A DNA stretch of 64,000 nucleotides from Eledone cirrhosa (taxonomy: Eukaryota), in the NCBI GenBank assembly GCA_964016885.1, contig OZ024741.1, positions 294,004,001 through 294,068,000 of the forward strand, read 5' to 3'. The translations under genes were made by a program, and so were the position numbers. Each line of letters starts with the position of its first letter. Positions within the stretch are counted from its first letter, which is position 1. Positions 11,632-25,097 of this stretch are shown piece by piece. Below the pieces are notes generated by a model, which worked only from the letters and a program-made list of their open reading frames with translations, did not search any database and was not told where the DNA came from.

Positions 11632-12064
11632 CATACATAGAGAGACAGTTGTGGATGGGGATATAAATAGAGATACAGGGATAGAAAAAGGAAGAGAGTG
11701 AGGGAGTGAGAGTGAATGAATTCTGTGGCAATTTTCACTGGTCTTAAATTCGATATTGATCAGATTGTCTTTGATTTTTGCAACATAACTTGATCATCTT
11801 CGATACAATTTTCACATTCTACTTGTGTTTTTCCAGCTGAAATGTATAATTAATATTGGGTGCTGAAACAAAATTGGATGGCAACCCCTTTAATTCTCTT
11901 CTACCTACCTACCCCTCAACTTTCTCTGTATGTGTGTGGGTGGGTGTTAATATGTCTGTGTGTGCATATGTATACATGTGGCATCATCCTCACCATTGTA
12001 TGTCTGTTTTCCACATTGGCATGAGTTTTATATATAGAGATATAGATTGATATATATATATATG

Positions 12065-12101
<37 letters not shown>

Positions 12102-12121
12102 GTGTGTTTGTGTATGTATAA

Positions 12122-12152
<31 letters not shown>

Positions 12153-12168
12153 TATATATATATATATA

Positions 12169-12220
<52 letters not shown>

Positions 12221-12924
12221 CACATGCACATATATGTTTATAAATGCACATGCATATATGTATGCATGTGTGCTTGCAAAAACTTCTCTGTATATAAGTG
12301 TATGTTTGTATATGTATATGTACACATACACATATGTATATATGCATATCTGTAAACCTAGACACCAACCCCTCCTCACTTCTACCCTATCACACACACT
12401 TAGGTACATACATGCACCATATAATAGGGAACTATTAAAAGACATCACTTCAATTTTAGAATTATTTTCAAAGTTCCTCGTTAAAATAAGTAGAAGTCTC
12501 TATTCTAGTATGAAAATGGAAGCATTAATTATCGTTAATGAGTAGCAAAAATGGTAAATTTGCAGACACACTGCTAAAGCAGCAACACTGAAATATGTCT
12601 TGCAGTATTTAGTTATGAATCTTTATGTTGTGAGTTCACATCTTGTTAAGGTCAACTTTAATGTTTCATCCTTGTCGTTGATGAGGAGAGGTGGATAAGA
12701 TACTTATTGGAGAAAAATGATGGGGAATATATATGAGTGTGTAGGTGGGTATTTATGTTTGTGTAAAACAATGTTCCAACTTCATTTTAAACTATCCATT
12801 ACCATATCTATATTTAAAAAAAGGAAATGTTGGTTTGTTTGTTAGCTATAAACATCTACATAAGAAGAATTACAATCTCCCTAACAGCTTCTCATTGAAG
12901 ACCATTGGCAAAGGTATCTAATGA

Positions 12925-13243
12925 AAACAGCACAGCTCCCATGACTTTCGGAAACATTTTTTCATACTTAGAGTTGCTGAAGCATGAAACAAACTACCTG
13001 CATCAGTTGTTAGCTGCTGAGACACTGCATCCTTTAAAACCTCAATGCTTCCTGAAATTTGCCAACACTACACCTGATACCCCCCCCCCCTCCATATAAA
13101 CGCACACATGTATATCATAACTCATATACTGTTCACTTTCCTGACATTTGTACATTATTCTATGTACTATACATGCACCTTTGATGAGTTGTAGTGCACC
13201 TGAGCACTGGACACAATAAGTTCATTATTATTATTATTATTAT
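12925..13243 (+). mobile_element. CR1-type LINE 3' fragment with (ATT)n tail
   Basis: Matches 62028-62335 (aaaacagcacagctcccatgactttcggaaac...gtgcacctgagcactg). Confidence 0.9.
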
Positions 13244-13244
13244 G

Positions 13245-13541
13245 ACAGTCAGTAGGCACCTCTTAACCCAATGTACACCTTACCCCATCCTTCCTCTCCC
13301 GTTTCATCCACTGTGTCGATGACACAACAGTCTACACTGTAAGGTGGCCATGTAGGAGACACAGTGAAAAGGCTCCACATTGTAAATATGGTTGGTGTTA
13401 GGAAGGGCATCCAGCTGTAAAAAACATGCCAGAGACACTTCCGTTCAAGCGAGACAAGGTCTCCCGACCATCAAATGGAACAAAACCGTCTAACCCATGC
13501 TAGCATGGAAGATGGACATTAAACGATGATGATGATGATGA
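13245..13541 (+). mobile_element. RTE LINE 3'UTR with (GAT)n tail
   Basis: Matches 22860-23230 (cagtcagtaggcacctct...ggaagggcatccagc...gatggac). Confidence 0.85.
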
Positions 13542-13651
13542 CAGATTTGATATAAATATAAATAGAACAGCAACACTAAATAGAACAAAACATTGTTTCA
13601 TAACTTTTAAATAGACCATAACCATTTTCTAAGATATAGTATTAAAGATAT

Positions 13652-13839
13652 AATTGTTTCTACTTTTGGCACAAGGCCAGCAATTACCCAGTGCATTACT
13701 GGTACTTTATTTTATCGACCCTGTAAGGATGAAAGGCAAAGTAAACCTCGGCGGGATTTGAACTCAGAATGGCAAGGACCGTAACTCAATGCGTCAAGTC
13801 ATGGTGTCCGACCCTCTACCGATACTGCCAATCCACCGC
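13652..13839 (-). mobile_element. Young full-length SINE family A with target-site duplication
   Basis: Complete head and core. TSD atatagtattaaagatata at 13634-13652 and 13842-13860. Confidence 0.92.
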
Positions 13840-14639
13840 TAATATAGTATTAAAGATATAATATTAAGAAAAAGAGAAACTACTACATGTAAGAGTTGTT
13901 TCCTTTGCATGCCTTCAAACACAGATAGCCACACACACATACATACACAAACACACATACACACTTGTATATAAATGTGTGTGTATATATATATATAAAA
14001 TAAAATATTATATATATACATAATAAAATTATAATATATATATATAATAAAAAATGACAAATAGTGATACAAAAGCAATTAATGTTATTAGGTTGACACT
14101 TTCGATGAAACAGAAAAAAATGTCATTGTATCAGACAGTAGTCCTTCATCAAGAGAATACAAGTAGATATATTAGAAATATATATTATACATGCATATGC
14201 AAGCACACACACATACATACATGTTTGTATATATATATATAAACAACATATGAAATGATTCAGAGCGATGTGTGAGTAAATATTTTGTATAATTGTAGGA
14301 ATATCAAAGTATATAGAAATGAAACAATATTACCATATGTAAAACTGTATTTACATCAAGGAATATAGAAAGAACCATAATATTCTTTTATTCTTTTATT
14401 GGCTTCAGTCATTAGATTGGGGTCATGCTGGGATACTGCCTTTAAGGGATTTAAGAGATTGTATCAACTCAATTACATATTAAGTTTGGTTCTTGACATA
14501 GAATTACACAAATACACACACATATCTTCACATCTGTTCACATATCATCACATCTGTTCACATATCTTCACATAACTACAAACACACTTTCCCTTATTTT
14601 TCTCTCTCTGTGAAAATCAGAACTGTGTTATGTGTTTCA

Positions 14640-15005
14640 ACAGTGACTATCCATTAGAATTACCATGATTCTCTTTTAACAAAATAATCACCAATTCAGT
14701 GTTTTATTTCTTGGGCAATACTGTATAGGTGTCTGGTTTCTAATGAAAGATATTATCTATGACTTTTTAACAATTTTGAATATATTCAAGAATTTAGAGA
14801 GATTTAGTAATGTCTCAATTCAGAAAAGTAGCAGCTCAACCAGGAGCGACTTGACCCTTTAGAGGAACCCCATTTTTCCCGCTTGTATTCACAATCATAT
14901 ATTTTTATTTTTGGTCACTATCCATAATTCACGACCATAAGTAAGGCTTGGCACAAAGATTGAATTAAAGATAACAAGTTTGGCTTTTATACCTACCTCC
15001 CTTCT
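14640..15005 (-). pseudogene. Old RTE (Expander-like) ORF remnant
   Basis: Minus strand REVGIKAKLVIFNSIFVPSLTYGRELWIVT, related to 38820-39235. Confidence 0.7.
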
Positions 15006-15024
15006 GATTATCTAGTGTAATAAG

Positions 15025-15237
15025 GGTTTCTGATTTAGGCACAAGGCTAATAATTTGGGGGAGTGGTAAGATGATTAACTCAACTCCAGTGCATTACTGT
15101 TACTTTATTTTACCAACCTCATAAGGATGAAAGGCAAACTTAACCTCAACAGGATTTGAACTCAGAATGTAAAGACCGGTAACTCTATGTTGCAAAACAT
15201 GTTGTCTGATGTTCTACCGATAATGCCAATCTACCTC
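15025..15237 (-). mobile_element. SINE family A, diverged
   Basis: Reverse complement of the head/core (ggatgaaaggcaaa...ggatttgaactcagaat...ctaccgata). Confidence 0.8.
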
Positions 15238-15700
15238 TGAGTGTCATAATAAATACTAGACTTATGGAATATTATATGTATATGTTTCATTTGTGTAGTT
15301 AAAGTTTGTGGCAGTAGTGGTAGTCCTTGAAAATGAATGCATATTCCCTTATCTGTTTCTTTTATTCAAACTTATTTGATTTTAAATTAGAGTTTGTTTT
15401 GTATGGTTTATTACTATATTGGCAACAGAGAAATCAAAGGATGTCACAAGCAGAATAGGGAATATTTAACGAGCAGTTAATGAATCTTCTAGAATATTAC
15501 CTGGAATGCTACATGAATTAAATACCTAGTTTGATGGCTCATAAAAATTATTAACGCTTGACATTTTCATGAAGACACACACACACATATGATTGTACCA
15601 CCTATTTTATATTAAACTGCACTTAATGTTGATACGTTTCGCCTAATGTCTTCTTTGTGAGCTTGTGGTCTTGATTTGCTTAACTACTGAATATATATAA

Positions 15701-15770
<70 letters not shown>

Positions 15771-16774
15771 CATATATATATATATATATTTATTAAAATA
15801 ACAAATTAAAGTTTAAGCAAAGATATCTGTGATGATAGTGATCAACATCATCATAATCATCAATGATATCACCATCATCATCATCACCATTATCATTAGT
15901 ACCACTACCACCATCATCACCTCTGCCATTATCATCATCATGTGTTGCTCCATAATTCCATAAATTCTCTACAATTCATATATTTTGCAAAGGAACATAT
16001 AAAACCAAAATGGTCTTATATATTCCACACATGGATCAGTTAATGGTAATCTGTGTGGTTCTACTCCTTTGTAACATTAAAATCAGATCAACTATACTAG
16101 CTGACAGGATTGACAATGTTGCATATAATATAGCATTTGTCATGATAAAAAAATAACAACCTAGGTTTGATAGCATCTATCATATTAAACTGGTTATATA
16201 TGAGGCATAAATTGTCAGTCATGCTGTGAAAAGGAGGATGGGAGATGGTAAGTGAGATAATAGAGAGACAAAAAGAAAGCAGTGGTGGTGGAAGAGGTGG
16301 CAGCAAACTCCAAACTTTTTTTTATCTTATGAAAAGAGAATGGTTAGTGTGTGTGAGAGAGATAGAGGGAGAAGTAAGAAAGGAATTATTTTTTAAAACT
16401 TGGGTCATTTTGCGGAAAAGAAAACGTGTGCGGAAAAGAAATCGAGAGAGAGAGACATGAAATGCACCCATTAACTCTATAAAGTGGCGAGAGAGAGAGA
16501 CATGAAATGCACCCATTAACTCTATAAAGTGGTAATGCTGATACCATAATAAAATGCACCCTGAATACTCTGTAAAGCAGTTGCTATTAGAATAAACTTT
16601 CAGCCATAGAACCCATGCGAAAATGGAATCTATGAGCAAAACTTGCTTCTCTCACCAGTCTAATCTTTAACCATGGTGATCCTTTCAATCCATGCCAGAA
16701 TGGGAAAACAGACCTAAAATGATGATGATAATGCACGTGAGACCAGAAGACTAGCTGTTCTAAACCATGTGGTC

Positions 16775-17175
16775 ATCATCATCAGACCCATTTTTTCCAT
16801 GCTCACATGGGTCCATTTCACCACAGCATTTCTTCACTCACCATCTTTTTCCATCATCTGCTCTGTGAATCTCAGAAATTTGAGATCAGCTCTCACCACC
16901 TCTGTCCATGTTTTCTTTGGTCTACCCCTATTGCAGCTTCCCACCACTGGGATTTCATGGCACTTCTTCACCCAGCAATCATCCATACACATCACATATC
17001 CATAACAACACAGTATTTTCTCTTGCATACCATTTTTGATTTCTCTTAAACCCTTTTCATCCAGGCTCTGCATTTCTCTCACATTTACATAGCACATCCA
17101 ATGAAGCACTGTATCTTTATTTCTCTCCAGCCTAAACATAACCTCTGCAGTCACTATCCATGTTTTGCTACTATG
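16775..17175 (-). pseudogene. RTE LINE 3' fragment
   Basis: ORF 16834-17154 RLERN...CCYGYVM..DDCWVKKC...GRPKKTWTEVVRADL, with a (CAT)n tail at 16775. Confidence 0.85.
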
Positions 17176-17920
17176 TCCTTACCAATGCAGTCTCCTCTAT
17201 TGCACACCACTTGGTCAATAGTTCAAAATGTTGACTTGAAATGAAAGAAGGAAAGAAAAAAAAAACACACTTTCAAGAAAATTGTAGAAGGAAGAAATCA
17301 TTAGCATTACAATGATTTTTATTTTTGGTTTTGTTTATTTTTTCTTGGGTTTTTCTTCATTATTGAACGAAAAGATAAAATGTTTAATTAGGCTGCCGTG
17401 TAAAATGTATTGATTGTGTTCCTTTTATAAATAGCTACCTATAGTTCAGTTGTAATGCCAGAGAAAATGTAACAAGTCTATGATGATTTTATTAGATTTC
17501 TCTTCATTGTCTTTGCCTTTCTAACTTCTAATTAATTATAGTGTGTCAAAAGTAGTGTTTTCACTATGTATGTGTGGGGGATGGCTACTATTTTCACCAT
17601 CCTTCTTATATTAAATCTATAGGCAGAGTTCTTCTTAAAAGTACGGTATGCATGACAACAATACAGGAGATCGTGTTAGCAAATTCTGGAAAAAAAAAAA
17701 AGCTGATATTAAATTTCCTTATATTTATTTTATTTTGTTATATGTTATTGATGTTGCTGTTTTTCGACCGACCACTTTATAACATGGAAATTTAATGCAG
17801 AGAGATTGAAGTTCTGGTTTTGCCTGAATTTGTGATGTTTCATCTGTTGGAGTTTAATATATTGAGAGGAAAATACACTGGAGTAGATCTTGTTGGCTTG
17901 TTCTTGTGTCTATTTAACAT

Positions 17921-17961
17921 TTCTTCTTCTTCTTCTTCTTCTTCTTCTTCTTCTTCTTCTT

Positions 17962-17990
<29 letters not shown>
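17921..17990. repeat. (TTC)n microsatellite
   Basis: Read directly. Confidence 0.97.
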
Positions 17991-17992
<2 letters not shown>

Positions 17993-18006
17993 TCATTATT
18001 ATTATT

Positions 18007-19434
18007 GCCTGGTTTGGATGGTCTGCCCTATGAACTTTATGTACAGATGCCAAAACTGGGACAAGGTGACGAGCAGGGTGGCTTCTCTCACCCAGAAATG
18101 GGCGGAGAAGAAGCTATCCCTGAAAGGTCGAGTGGAGGTGGCTAACGCGTACATCGCATCTGTCATCTACTACCGCCTGACCATCGTGCCTTGTCCTAAG
18201 CCTCGCCTGACTGTGCTGGAGCGTTTGCTCTTTCGCTTTTTGTGGAAGGGATGCGCTCCGATGGTCAGACGGTCCATCTGCTGTCAACACCCGCTTCGTG
18301 GAGGGCTGGGCATGCCGTGGCTGATGATGCGCAGACACGCGCTCAGGCTACGACATCTCCACCTCTTCCTCGATGGTGATCAGGTGTGGTTGCCGTTTTC
18401 TGGACGCGTCTTTCCCCAGCTCATCTCCTTGACGGAGCTGCAGTCCTGGGTCAAGCGAAGACCGAGAGGGAGCGCTTGGAGACTGGAATGTCTTCAGGCG
18501 CTCACAGCCCTCGACCAATCGGGCAATGTGATCGGTGGAAACTCCACCTTGGCGTTCTATAGAGGATTAGTGGAGGGGAAGAGTGACGACGTACTTGGGG
18601 AAACTCTAGGCGTCGACGAAAATGAACTAGCCAATCTCTTCGGAAGGACTTTCGGGCCGGGGCCTATAGACAACTTCCAGAAATCCCTGGCCTGGCAGTG
18701 CTACCGGGGAGCTTTGCCAGTTCGGGATAAACTCTACAGGCATGGCGGTGCTGTCAGCCGAGCATGTCCGAGATGCGCGCAGGGCGACGAAACCGTCCTG
18801 CATGCACTCGTCCAGTGTCCAATCACTGCTGACTTGTGGGTTTATGTCGAACACTTGCTGTCGTGTGTAGAACGGATCCGACTATCAGCTGAGTCCATCG
18901 TGAGGATTGCCCTGCCCTCTTCCTTTAGCTGGGAATGGCAGGCAGTTTTTATCTGTCTGGTGGCCATGGCAAACGAGATAGTATAGTGGACGCGTCTGAA
19001 AGGGCAGAAGACGACCACTTACTTCTTCGGTGATGCCCTGATTAATTTTTTCCAATTTCATTTGAAAAGGAAAATCAGGGTAGAGAGGGAGGTGCTCTCT
19101 TCCCAGCTTTTTGTTGAAAGATGGGTGAGAGAGGCAAGAATGGTCCGAGTGAATGGACCTACTCTGAGTATATGCCTGTAAATTGAAGGTGGAAAACTGG
19201 GAGAGGACATTTGCCCTAGTGGTCAGGGTCACCATGGCTTTTTTTAATGGGCTTTCTCCATGATGGCCCTCGGAAGTGTCCCCCCTATTGGGGAATTTTT
19301 CATTGTTCTTTTATTACATCCTCTGTTTTTTTTGTTTTTTTTACATGCAGAAATGCCCATTTGTACCGTCCTGTATTGTCCTGTACTATCCTTAATGTCT
19401 ACTTTATGTAAACCCTTGTGGTTAATAAAGAAAA

Positions 19435-19490
<56 letters not shown>
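18007..19490 (+). mobile_element. L1/Tx1-clade non-LTR retrotransposon, truncated ORF2 plus 3'UTR and (TAT)n tail
   Basis: PGLDGLPYELY piece, then WAEKKLSLKGRV...GGLGMP...CPRC-x8-H-x4-C knuckle. Premature TAG at 18984, natural stop 19179-19181, AATAAA before the tail. The N-terminus of the called ORF is microsatellite. Confidence 0.92.
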
Positions 19491-19491
<1 letters not shown>

Positions 19492-20866
19492 CCTGTTCCT
19501 CCTCCTTCTCCTCCTCCTTCCCCTCCTCCTCCTCCTTTTTCTTCTCCTTTTTCTTCTTGTTCCTCCCCCTCCTCATCCTCCAGTGATAATCCCAATTTTT
19601 CAAAAATGGAGACAAGAGCGATAGCTCAAATTATAGAGGGATCTCCTTGATAATCCACCCCATCCTCACCTGATACATTCTATGCTAAGTGTCTGGCAAA
19701 GAAACGTAGAGAGATTGTTGAGTTCAATCTAATTGGTGTGTATAGTGTGGGTTTTTTTACCCTGAATGTAGCACAACCAATATTTCTCTTACCACATTTC
19801 TAATGAAACACACTTTCTATGATATTTACATAATTATGGAAATAATGACGGCATTCAAGTAATATAACTAAATTTCTTAAGCTACCGAGATCTCTCAAGG
19901 TTTTATTTAAACACAAGAAAATATTCGTAAAACATGCAAAAATAAAACACAAAAAAGGAAGAAAAAAAAGAAAAAGAAAAAGAATGAAAAGAAGAAAAAG
20001 TAATGAAAGAAAAGGAGAGAGGGAGCGACATGACACCTCAGTCTGAGTGGTGCCTCAGCCATGCCCTGCAGAAAAATTGGCAAAGGCATCATCACTGAGA
20101 ATGGCCAGAGATACTCACTGCATCTGCCACCCCTCCTCAAATTAGACTACCATCTTGTTTCTTACATAAAATGATGATGGAAGGTTATTAGATAAATATA
20201 AACTTTTTAAAGAAATAAACTTCTCTATTATTAAAGATATGGCTGTGTGGTGAAGATATTTCTAATGATCCCTGGAGAAGGAATGGGCTCTGCCAGATTT
20301 AAAAATGCCTTCAAATTCATAAATATATATGTATATAAATCAGGATGGATTCAGTTTGAAACTAGTTAGGCCATTACTCAACAGGGTACTCAATACTTGG
20401 ACTCGTAGAGTATGGTAATATTATAAAGAATTGGGACCCGACTCTGAGCTCTTGCTGTTTCAACAGCTAGGCTCAATAGACTGATTTCCGAAGGGCTTGG
20501 CAGTTAACTGGATGGATCATCAGGAGATGTGCTTTGTCCAAATAATTGTAATATGAGTGTTAATTTTTGTTCATATATATATGGTTACAGAGTGGTTGTG
20601 TGTGTCGATATCTGATTTAGTGAATGTTTATATGCATGTGTGTGTCTATGTATGCATCCGAGTGTTTCTGCCTGGTCAACTTGAGATTGAATAATCATAA
20701 ATGGGGGTGGAGATTATATATATTGAAGAAATATAGTAGGGTCGGTGTGTGTGTATGTCTGTGCCTAGGCATGGTTATCGTGACCTTCAGACAACAGATC
20801 AATAAATTTGACATAAAACCTAGCAGCAGATTGCCCTTATGAAAGAATTGTCCAAGTTCACTGAAT

Positions 20867-20933
<67 letters not shown>

Positions 20934-20940
20934 TATATAT

Positions 20941-21129
20941 AATTGTTTCTACTTTTGGTACAAGGCCAGCAATTACCCAGTGCATTACTGGTACTTTATT
21001 TTATCGACCTCGTAAGGATGAAAGGCAAAGTTAACCTCGGCGGGATTTGAACTCAGATCATACAGGGAGGTAACTCTATGCTTCAAAGCATGGCGTCCAA
21101 CCCTCTACCAATACTGCCAATCCACTGCC
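20941..21129 (-). mobile_element. Full-length SINE family A
   Basis: Near-identical to 13652-13839, with tattatatat on both flanks. Confidence 0.9.
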
Positions 21130-21155
21130 TTATTATATATTATATATAATATATA

Positions 21156-21801
21156 TCTATATATCTAAAACAAAGAATTCTGTCTGTATGTCTGTCTGTC
21201 TGTCTGTCTGACTCTCTTAAACTCGAGAACCACCTAACCGACTTTCTTCAAACTTTACACATGTAATACTTATGGTCCTGTGAATGTTTTGAGCAAAATA
21301 AATTTCAAATTTTCCATGCCCTAGGAACCGCATTAGGCGATTAAGCGATCTCTCTCTATAATTCTTAGTCTTTCTTTTTAGATAGATAAATAGATATAAC
21401 GTTGCTCCCTTATAATATCTGTCTGTATGTCTGGATGTCTGCATTACGACATTATGACGCTATATGTGTGTGTGTGTATATATGTATATATAGTGTGTGT
21501 ATATATATATATATATAGTGTGTAACGTTTTTCGAAATATTTACTTCTGCATTCACAGATTGATTTTTTAGTTACAGAAGATCCCGTTAAGGGTGAAAGC
21601 AATGATTCCTTGCTTAAACTTTAATCTGTTATTTTAATATATATATATATAATTATATATTCGTGTACAGATATTTTTGCATACACAATAAGAAAATATA
21701 AACAAATGTATTTATTTCACGAGGCTCGATAAGGATAAATATATATCAAATATATAAGAACCCTAGAGAAAATCCCGAGCAACGCCGGGCCATTCTGCTA
21801 G
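21156..21801 (+). mobile_element. Non-autonomous Helitron
   Basis: A|TC 5' end (tctatatatctaaa), (CTGT)n near the 5' end, 3' hairpin cccgagcaacgccggg 21774-21789, CTAG|T 3' end, no TSD. Confidence 0.8.
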
Positions 21802-21805
21802 TATT

Positions 21806-21972
21806 ATATAGGGTCGGACGTCATGCTTTGACCCATAGAATTATGGTCCTTTCCATTCTGAGTTCAAATCCCGCCGAGGTCAACTTTGCCTTTTATCCTT
21901 ACGGGGTCAATAAAATAAAGTACCAGTAATGTACTGGGTAATTGCTGGCCTTGTGCCAAAAGTAGAAACAAT
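21806..21972 (+). mobile_element. 5'-truncated SINE family A
   Basis: gggtcggacgtcatgc...gagttcaaatcccgccgagg...agtagaaacaatt. Confidence 0.88.
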
Positions 21973-22004
21973 TATATATATATATACATCATCATCATCA
22001 TCAT

Positions 22005-22148
22005 CAGCGCCAGACAGTTGAGAGGGACCTGCGAGCGACAAACAGACAATGGCAGAACGCTGTGCAACTGGCTGCTGACCAAACACGGTGGAACACTATG
22101 ATGGCCTCATGCGTTGCAAGACGCGGGAGCTTCTGAGTCTGAGACTGA
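22005..22148 (+). mobile_element. Short RTE-type 3' end with (CTGAGT)-like tail nested in a (CAT)n tail
   Basis: RQTVERDLRATNRQWQNAVQLAADQTRWNTMMASCVARRGSF*, flanked by (CAT)n on both sides. Confidence 0.65.
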
Positions 22149-22328
22149 TCATCATCATCATTTTACGTCCGGGTTGGACGGGTTCTATTCAGCACAGCAT
22201 CTCTCCACTTGTCACGGTTCTTCGTCATCTCATCAGTGAGTTTCAGTGATCTGAGGTCTGCTCTCACCACCTCCACCCATGTTTGACGTGATCTACCTCT
22301 ACTGCATCTTCCTTCTACTGGCTTTCTT
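22149..22328 (-). mobile_element. RTE LINE 3' fragment
   Basis: Related to 16775-17175. Minus strand GRSRQTWVEVVRADLRSLKLTDEMTKNRDKWRCCA. Confidence 0.75.
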
Positions 22329-22341
22329 ATATATATATATT

Positions 22342-23231
22342 AAAAAGTTCAAAAAGTTCAGAGAGCTTATACCACTATTGGCCGCTAAAGGGTTCTCCCT
22401 AAAAATGAAAGGCAGGCTGTATGATGCCTGCATACGAACAGCAATGTTATATGGCAGTGAGACCTGGGCATTGTGTGCAGAGGATATACGCAGACTGGAG
22501 AGAAACGAAGCTTCCATGCTCCGCTGGATGTGTAATAGTAATATACGTGAACGGCAAAGCATATACGAACTAAGGGAGAAATTAGGAATAAGAGGGATCA
22601 GATGTTGTTTACACGAGAGAAGAATACGTTGGTACGGTCACGTGATGCGCATGAAAGACGACAGCTGTATAAAAAAGTGCAGGGCGATAAAAATAGATGG
22701 TAGCCATGGAGTAGGCAGACCCAGAAAAACCTGGGACGACTTAATAAATTCCGACCTCACACACTTACACCTCTCCAAGACAATGTCACTGGACCGAGAG
22801 CTTTGGCGCTACACAGTTATACAGAAGACCCGCCTTGCCTAAGTACAAAGCGAAAACCTACAGTCAGTAGGCACCTCTAACGAAATACACCCCCGTCCCA
22901 CTACCCCCACCCCATCCACACCACCCCCTTAAATGTGAAGTTATGTTGGTACTACAACATCCAGTCCGAAACAAATGAGGTCGTGTAGGTGTCATGACAA
23001 AAAAAACACACAGTCCACGCTGTAATGTGGCCGTGTAGGTAACACGGTAAAAACCTCCCAGTCCACACTGTAAATGTGGTTGGTGTTGGGAAGGGCATCC
23101 AGCCGTAGAAAACCCGCCAGACAGTTCTATACGAGCAGGACAAACAATCTTGCCTCAGGTGGGAAAACTCCCGTCCAAACCTATGCAAGCGTGGAAGATG
23201 GACGTTAAACGATGATGATGATGATGATGAT
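22342..23231 (+). mobile_element. Young 5'-truncated RTE LINE (subfamily 2)
   Basis: Open frame KFRELIPLL...LYGSETW...RWYGHVMRM...GRPRKTW to 22842, then 3'UTR and (GAT)n tail. (TA)n on both sides. Confidence 0.93.
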
Positions 23232-23769
23232 ATATATATGTATATAAACGTAAGTATGCATATGTACACACATATATATATATATATAAATACATATATA
23301 TATACATACACACTCATATATACATATACATATGTACATATGGGTTACATCGAACACTGATAATAATGTTTGAGTCCTTTGTAAACAAATGGCCCGATTT
23401 GAAGCTGTGCCATGCCAGTGAATGATCGTCACCTGTGTGTTCAACAGAAGAATGAACAAAGCTACATATGGGAATCAAACGTGTTGTTGTGGAGGGGAAG
23501 CAATTGTGTGACATACAGGGAGAATGGATGAGTTAAAGAAAGAGAGAGCTGGAAATGTCATTTGTTTTATACCCTTCTTATCTGTCTTCAATTATTTCCC
23601 ACTGCTACTTCCATTGTGTTTAAGAAAACATGCTGCTTCTTGAATTTGAGACATAAGATTTTAAAAAAAAGTTCATGCAATATTCTTGGATAGATTTCGA
23701 TCTCTGTCCCAAATTTTGTGAGAAATGTCAATGTTGTTTCAAGAAAAACAGACATTTTTTGAGTCTTAA

Positions 23770-23823
<54 letters not shown>

Positions 23824-24909
23824 ATGTGTGCACACACACACACACATGTGTGTGCAAATATATATATATATATAAAATACATACATCATCATCATATATA
23901 TACATATATATAATACATACATATATACACACAGCAAATGAATCTAGTCAAATTTTTCATCTTTTAATACAGTATTTATCCAATAGAACAATACATTATA
24001 ATATAATACAATTTACAATAATTTCGACGTAATGATTATTACAGCCAAAATTGAAAATTGAAAATCAACAATTGTTAGAAGAAAAGTATTTCTGGTCTGA
24101 ATTCTGATGATATTTAAACTATTTTTAATAAGAATTTTTTTATTATTATTATTTTTAAGAATTTTTTTTCTGAGTAATTGATTCCAATTAATTGATAAAA
24201 GATTTGATTGATTGACTAATAATTCCAAATGGATCTTCCGGGTTGTTGAAGACAGCAATTATTATTAATTGTTTATAAATAAATTATATATATATATCAA
24301 AAGAGAGAGAGATTTGAATAGATATTATGAATAGATAGGTAGGCAGGCAGGCAGGCAGGCAGGAAGCCATTTGTACATATATGTCTATTCACCATCCCCA
24401 TATATATATATATATATCATCATCATCATCATCAATGTTTAACGTTCATTTTCCCTGCTAGCATGGGTTAGACAGGTTGTCCTATTTAAGGCAAGTCATG
24501 GTCAGATGACCATGTCTTGTTCATACAGAACCAATTTTGGCTTATTTTAGAGAGAGAGGGTAGGGCCGATTACATTGTTAGAACTCAATGTGGTCTTGAA
24601 GAGATGGTTTCAGTGAGATTAGGTCAAGAGTGCTATGGTTTTTGTGGTCAGTGCTCATTGCGTAAGATTTACTCAAAGATGTTACTCAAACTACAGAGTC
24701 AATATATATATATACTTATATTTACAAAAATGCTTTTCCAATGATGAGACCATAGTGAAATAAATTACTCTCTATATTAAGTGGAGAAAATACATGATTT
24801 ATCTCAGATGGAAATGATATTTACAGGATAACAACTATTTCATTTATTTGAAATCATCAGTGTATATAATCAGTTCTATATAATAACTTTATTAGCTTCA
24901 TTATTTAAA

Positions 24910-25097
24910 GGGCGGTGGATTGGCAGTATCGGTAGAGGGTCGGACGCCATGCTTTCCAGCATAGTTACGTCCCTTTACGGTCTGAGTTCAAATCCCGCCA
25001 AGGTTAACTTTGCCTTTCATCATTACGGGGTCGATAAAATAAAGTACCAGTAATGTACTGGGTAATTGATGACCTTGTGCCAAAAGTGGAAACAATT
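24910..25097 (+). mobile_element. Full-length tRNA-derived SINE family A
   Basis: A-box tggcagtatcgg, B-box gagttcaaatccc, core aactttgcctttcatc..ggggtcgataaaataaagtacc. Confidence 0.92.

Noticed and set aside
10728-11738. Long IY/YI-rich ORFs here and throughout the window
   Set aside because: They are translations of stop-free (TA)n, (CA)n and (GA)n repeats, open in several frames.
17820-18006. N-terminus of the 388-aa ORF with poly-Ser
   Set aside because: Flanking DNA and (TTC)n fused by chance to the Tx1 frame.
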